NCBI GenBank assembly: GCA_024704765.1
Contig: JAKMXF010000222.1
Location: 1,678,400 to 1,742,399 of the forward strand
Reading direction: 5' to 3'
DNA from: Oopsacas minuta
Lineage: Eukaryota > Animalia > Porifera
Length of the DNA: 64,000 nucleotides
A model generated the notes under the pieces. It searched no databases and was not told the DNA's origin. It saw only the letters and a list, made by a program, of their open reading frames with translations. The position numbers and the translations under genes are program-made. Below, one piece after another: positions 60,199-64,000 of this stretch; position 1 is the stretch's first letter, and every line of letters starts with the position of its first letter.

Positions 60199-61953
60199 CT
60201 ATTTCCCAACTTTGAACCATTTCGGCTTTCCTTGATTGGTATTTCCAATTGGATTTTTTCCTTGCTTTCTTTCTGTTCTAGAACCAGTGATCTTTTGTGT
60301 ATGTGGAGGTGTAGTAGGTACAAATACACCTCTTTCTTTAGAACTCCTGATATCAGCTTCCAGCTGTGTAGACACCTGATCCAACAGATCTTCTCTTAAC
60401 ATAAAATCCTCATCTCCATCCTCAAGAGCTAGATACAAGTTACAAGCAGGGACCAGATTAGCTTCATTAAATGTTACTTTCCCATTTTTGATAACCTTCT
60501 TGGGAGGTGTGGTAAATAAGTGGAACTTAGTTGTAGGGTCCACAGAACAGCTACGGATATACCCCACCAATGACTTAACAGGCTCTCCAGACCGGAATAC
60601 TCCTTGAAGTACCAGACGGTTAGGCAACACAACTCGGATGATTGTACTCTCGTATTTGTCAACTTTTACGATTTTTTGATTCTTTTTGTAGGCTTGTGTA
60701 GTTATAGGGGAGTCATGTAGCTGATTTAATGCTTGAGATAACGTAGACTGTCTGTCCATAACCTCACTCATTGAGGGTTGGAAAAATGAATCATCGATCT
60801 CTGCTGGGAATACATCTGAATATTCATTCTTATCCAGATGGAATACAACTGTGTTCCGAGGACAGGGCTCTTCGTATACTCTTTCAATAGGTTTAGGTTT
60901 TTGAAAGTTATGGGCGGGAGGTGCAGGTGTAGGTATAGACTTGTCTACGTTATTGTTAGAGTCCAATGGTATTCCAGTTTTCTCAGAATGCATTATATTA
61001 AACTGAGTAATGTAATCCTCCTCAGGGGGGACTACTGGTATGACTGCTTGAGTCAGTAACGCACCCAAGTCAATATTATCAAAAGGTCCTTTATCGTGTT
61101 CCCAACCCTCAGGGTTTGAGAAAAGCTTCGGATTCCGTTTTATCATCTCCTCTTTTCGGCGTTTTTCTTCCTCTTCGATCTGTTGATCGAATGACCAAGG
61201 AGTTTTCATAACAGAAGAGAGGTAAGGGTTTGACAGAGAGGGATCTTCTCCAAACACAGATGTTTGAGGAGATGGGAATAGAGCTGTCTCTGTTGGCGCA
61301 GGTTGAATTATCTGGTCATCTCCGGGCTTATCTCCTGGCTTACTACTGAGTACATCAGGTGTAGGAGATATTGGAGTAGACTGGTGATGTCCCTTCAACA
61401 CAATGACGTCATCACAAATGGTTTTGGGTACATCTTGTAAACTAACAGTAGAATAACGCAGTATAGCACTCCCAGATAGAATACCTAGATTCTTAAGAGA
61501 TCTGGTCCTCAACTCTTCCTCACCTATCACTCTAACCTTAGAGTACTCTACACATGGTACCTGGACAGGATCACCTCCTGGGTAACAAAGAGGAATCTTA
61601 CTCCCCTCCTCTGCCTCAGCGGCTGAGATTACTTCCCATAAAAAAATACTAGCCTCGTATATTCCCATTAACCTACTACCATCAGGTAGCAACAATGCTA
61701 TACGTATGGCAGAATACACACGCTCTTTATCCAGTCTATATAACTCTAGTGTACAGTTATTCGGTAGGTTAGACTGCCGGACAGTAGAGCACACGTCTAA
61801 ACAACGTTTCAAGTGTTTTAAACCGAACTTATTGGATTCCAAAGTAAATTGCGTGCAGGCTTCTTCTAGTGGTAGACATAGCGCAGAGTTGGTATTAACT
61901 TTGAGAACCACACGATATCCTCTCGGAGATACAATCGTTAATTTAACAAACAT
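60199..61953 (-). CDS. ASPSCR1: Tether containing UBX domain for GLUT4 (TUG/UBXD9), p97 adaptor
   Basis: Single exon, ATG 61953. N-terminal UBL (LKVNTNSAL...LEEAC...RQSNLPNNCTLEL), IDDSFFQ, UBX YESTIIRVVLPNRLVLQGVFRSGEPV...FHLFTTPPK...NLVPA, C-terminal KPKWFKVGK. Confidence 0.92.
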   Translation of the reverse strand: MFVKLTIVSPRGYRVVLKVNTNSALCLPLEEACTQFTLESNKFGLKHLKRCLDVCSTVRQSNLPNNCTLELYRLDKERVYSAIRIALLLPDGSRLMGIYEASIFLWEVISAAEAEEGSKIPLCYPGGDPVQVPCVEYSKVRVIGEEELRTRSLKNLGILSGSAILRYSTVSLQDVPKTICDDVIVLKGHHQSTPISPTPDVLSSKPGDKPGDDQIIQPAPTETALFPSPQTSVFGEDPSLSNPYLSSVMKTPWSFDQQIEEEEKRRKEEMIKRNPKLFSNPEGWEHDKGPFDNIDLGALLTQAVIPVVPPEEDYITQFNIMHSEKTGIPLDSNNNVDKSIPTPAPPAHNFQKPKPIERVYEEPCPRNTVVFHLDKNEYSDVFPAEIDDSFFQPSMSEVMDRQSTLSQALNQLHDSPITTQAYKKNQKIVKVDKYESTIIRVVLPNRLVLQGVFRSGEPVKSLVGYIRSCSVDPTTKFHLFTTPPKKVIKNGKVTFNEANLVPACNLYLALEDGDEDFMLREDLLDQVSTQLEADIRSSKERGVFVPTTPPHTQKITGSRTERKQGKNPIGNTNQGKPKWFKVGK

Positions 61954-62358
61954 CCAAGCTTCCAAAATAGCTAATAGATTAAAACAGATAAGATAATTTT
62001 ATTTGAATAGAATACTATTACAGAAATCTATACAGTCATAGTTGCTTTATCTGACCCGCTTATTATGAATCAATTCCCATATTCCCATAGGATTCGCATT
62101 AAATTCAGTTCGCTTAACCCTAATAAATTAGTGTTCTGATTCATTACGCTCCTAATTAACACATAGACGTAATCAGCGGATATGAAGTCCCTTTATTATG
62201 TACAAGATTTTGGTCCGTGGGGGTTCACAATAGGCGATCCAGTAAGTGTCTCATGTCGTGAAGCGAGGCGACTTAGTATAGTAAGTGAAAAGAATCGAAA
62301 TAGTATGTATAATAATAAAATCGACATCAGTGTTAACAATTTTCGCAAATTGATCAAA

Positions 62359-63744
62359 TTAAATAGTAGGATGAGTAGATTGAGCACTGTCCAGTCGAAA
62401 TAAGGTTATGTATCCCGCAGAGTTGGCAGCTAACAAGTACTCTCCTGTGTGGTCAAACGTGACAGAAGATACAAAAGTCTGTGGGATAGGACTGTAGAGA
62501 AACCGGTTACATACAGGCACTGAAGACTTCTTATTGTACACATACACTCTGTTATCCTCTGAGCCTACAGCTATCAGTTCAGATGTAGAAGATAGACCTG
62601 TAAAGTTTCGGTTATTCTTATGAGACGAATATTCTCCGACACAATCTCCTGCTTCAGACCAGCAGCACACTTTAGAGTCAATCCCTGATGAGATTATGTG
62701 CTCGCCACTTAGAGAGACATAGGAGACTGCTTTGTTGTGACGTGATCTTGTGAATTGGAGGATTGGTTTCTTGGAGTTACGTATGTCGTATAGTGTGATT
62801 GATCTATCAGCACAGGTTACGCATAGTTCGGTAGGCTTGCGAAATTTAACACAGGTCGTGCTATCTACCATCTTAAGACGCGTGACTACCCACGCCCTAA
62901 GAAAATAAAACATGTATCTTCACCATTAGTTGTATCTGTGAGTAGCCCAATAGAGAGCTGTGTTACCTTACATTTTGTGGAATATCCTCCTGTCTATTAT
63001 GGCTGCTGTGCCATCGTGAGAGGCAGAGGCTAAGAGACCAGGTTGTTGTACGTGAGAGTCAATGGACCAAACTTTGCCGGGGAAAGATGCAATTTCTATG
63101 GGGTCCTTCTTGCGAGATTCAATCGCGAAACTCTTCACAATTCCGTCGTAGCAGCCAGCGAATAAATTGTCAGAATCATTTGAGAATATTACACTTGAAA
63201 TCTGAATAAGCAGGAATATGTAAAACACAACAAATGTATATTATGAATTTTCTACTCATAAATAGGTACGAACATTCACCTTAGAATTTGCGTAAACTTG
63301 CCAAAATGCTCGAGGAGGTTCTGGGTGGTTTAATGCCACAGAGTTTGCAAAGTCATACAACATCAAGTATTTATTGATTCCGCCAGTCGCGTATTGAGTG
63401 TTAGAATTGTTGAATGAAATAGAGCTGATAATATCTGAACAACCTTTATAACAGTGAACTTCATCCATGGTTAACGCTGGAGAATCAGGGGAGGGGGCTA
63501 TTTGACAAATTTCAATATGATCAATACCTAAAGAAAAAATAGTAAAAGATAATACTCACAGGAGTTGACTCTACTTCTATTCATTCAATCGAAGTAGAGT
63601 CAACTCCCGTGAGCTTCGAGATACTGGAGTTGAATGTATGTATATATTTAATAGAAACTAACCATCTTCTCCACTGCGATATCTTTTTGGTTGAGAAGAG
63701 TAGTTAGGAGAATTATGCCTCTTCAGGTTCATAGGTTGAGACAT
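62359..63744 (-). CDS. COP1/RFWD2-type WD40 protein (5' end uncertain)
   Basis: Exons 63744-63663 (tentative), 63527-63280, 63201-62972, 62896-62359 join in frame (1098 nt). COP1 motifs IISSISF, NSKISS, KVWSID, LLASASHDG, YDIRN, HNKAVSYV, HKNNRNFTGL, IAVGSEDN, FVSSV, LLAANSAG. Confidence 0.82.
63555..63613. repeat. Intronic near-perfect hairpin (23-bp stem, 13-nt loop)
   Basis: CTCACAGGAGTTGACTCTACTTC-TATTCATTCAATC-GAAGTAGAGTCAACTCCCGTGAG (22/23 paired), inside the short intron 63662-63528. Confidence 0.88.
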
Positions 63745-64000
63745 GAGTAATTTTGGATAATTTTTGGGAGATGCTAATTTTGTCAAACAAATTGGAGAAT
63801 AATTAAATTTAAATTTTTGTTGCAATTTTAAATTACTTAATGTGAATGCAGTTCGTATTGAGCAATGCTAAAAAGACATACTACAAGTTTGTAGCAATAT
63901 TCACAGGAATAGCGCACTATCAGTGCCTCAATTCAAAAGTTACTGTAGTGACCAGGTTGTAACCTCTTAAAGAATCAAGAAACAGACTCAGATAAAAGTA

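Noticed and set aside
5034-61965. TTG/GTG start codons given by the ORF track (e.g. 5034, 32474, 61965)
   Set aside because: Eukaryotic context; nearby ATGs (5100, 32471, 61953) give the expected N-termini.
5296-63228. Numerous short antisense or alternate-frame ORFs in the track (e.g. 5296-5544, 11229-11480, 13147-14396, 25287-25995, 29818-32400, 54252-54845, 60175-61996)
   Set aside because: They overlap well-supported genes on the other strand or frame and show no domain signatures.

Overview
AT-rich, compact, intron-poor eukaryotic (animal) genomic DNA. The gene set (granulins, SH2-SOCS, KLHDC, COP1-type WD40), short GT-AG introns and many single-exon housekeeping genes fit an early-branching metazoan. 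A glass sponge such as Oopsacas is my best guess, which is inference and not demonstrated. About 17 host genes are supported: DUF4807-like, two short granulins, a 4-exon GH16 beta-1,3-glucanase/glucan-binding protein, a TM2-domain protein, KLHDC1/2-like, IWS1, COPS6, PCNX4, RABGGTA, a 7-exon EXOC3 with a complete same-strand PELP1-like gene inside intron 1, DRAP1, SOCS6-like, VDAC, ASPSCR1/TUG and a COP1-type WD40 gene. There is also one 921-aa intronless orphan ORF with a long hydrophobic hairpin (candidate pore-forming protein) in a transposon-rich island. Intergenic and intronic space holds decayed mobile DNA: an RT-less DIRS element, a hAT with a perfect 8-bp TSD, a MULE with a RING-fused transposase nested in a foldback, a mariner relic, Helentron/HINE-like repeats, many MITEs and near-perfect hairpins. 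Top leads: the orphan toxin-like gene; the nested PELP1/EXOC3 arrangement; tightly packed co-directional genes with splice-acceptor-like sites just before the ATG (possible SL trans-splicing/operons); a VDAC with a charge-reversed N-terminal helix; and a COP1-like gene with no RING visible in the window. No tRNA, rRNA, snRNA or CRISPR array was recognised. All family assignments come from motif recognition by eye, not database searches.
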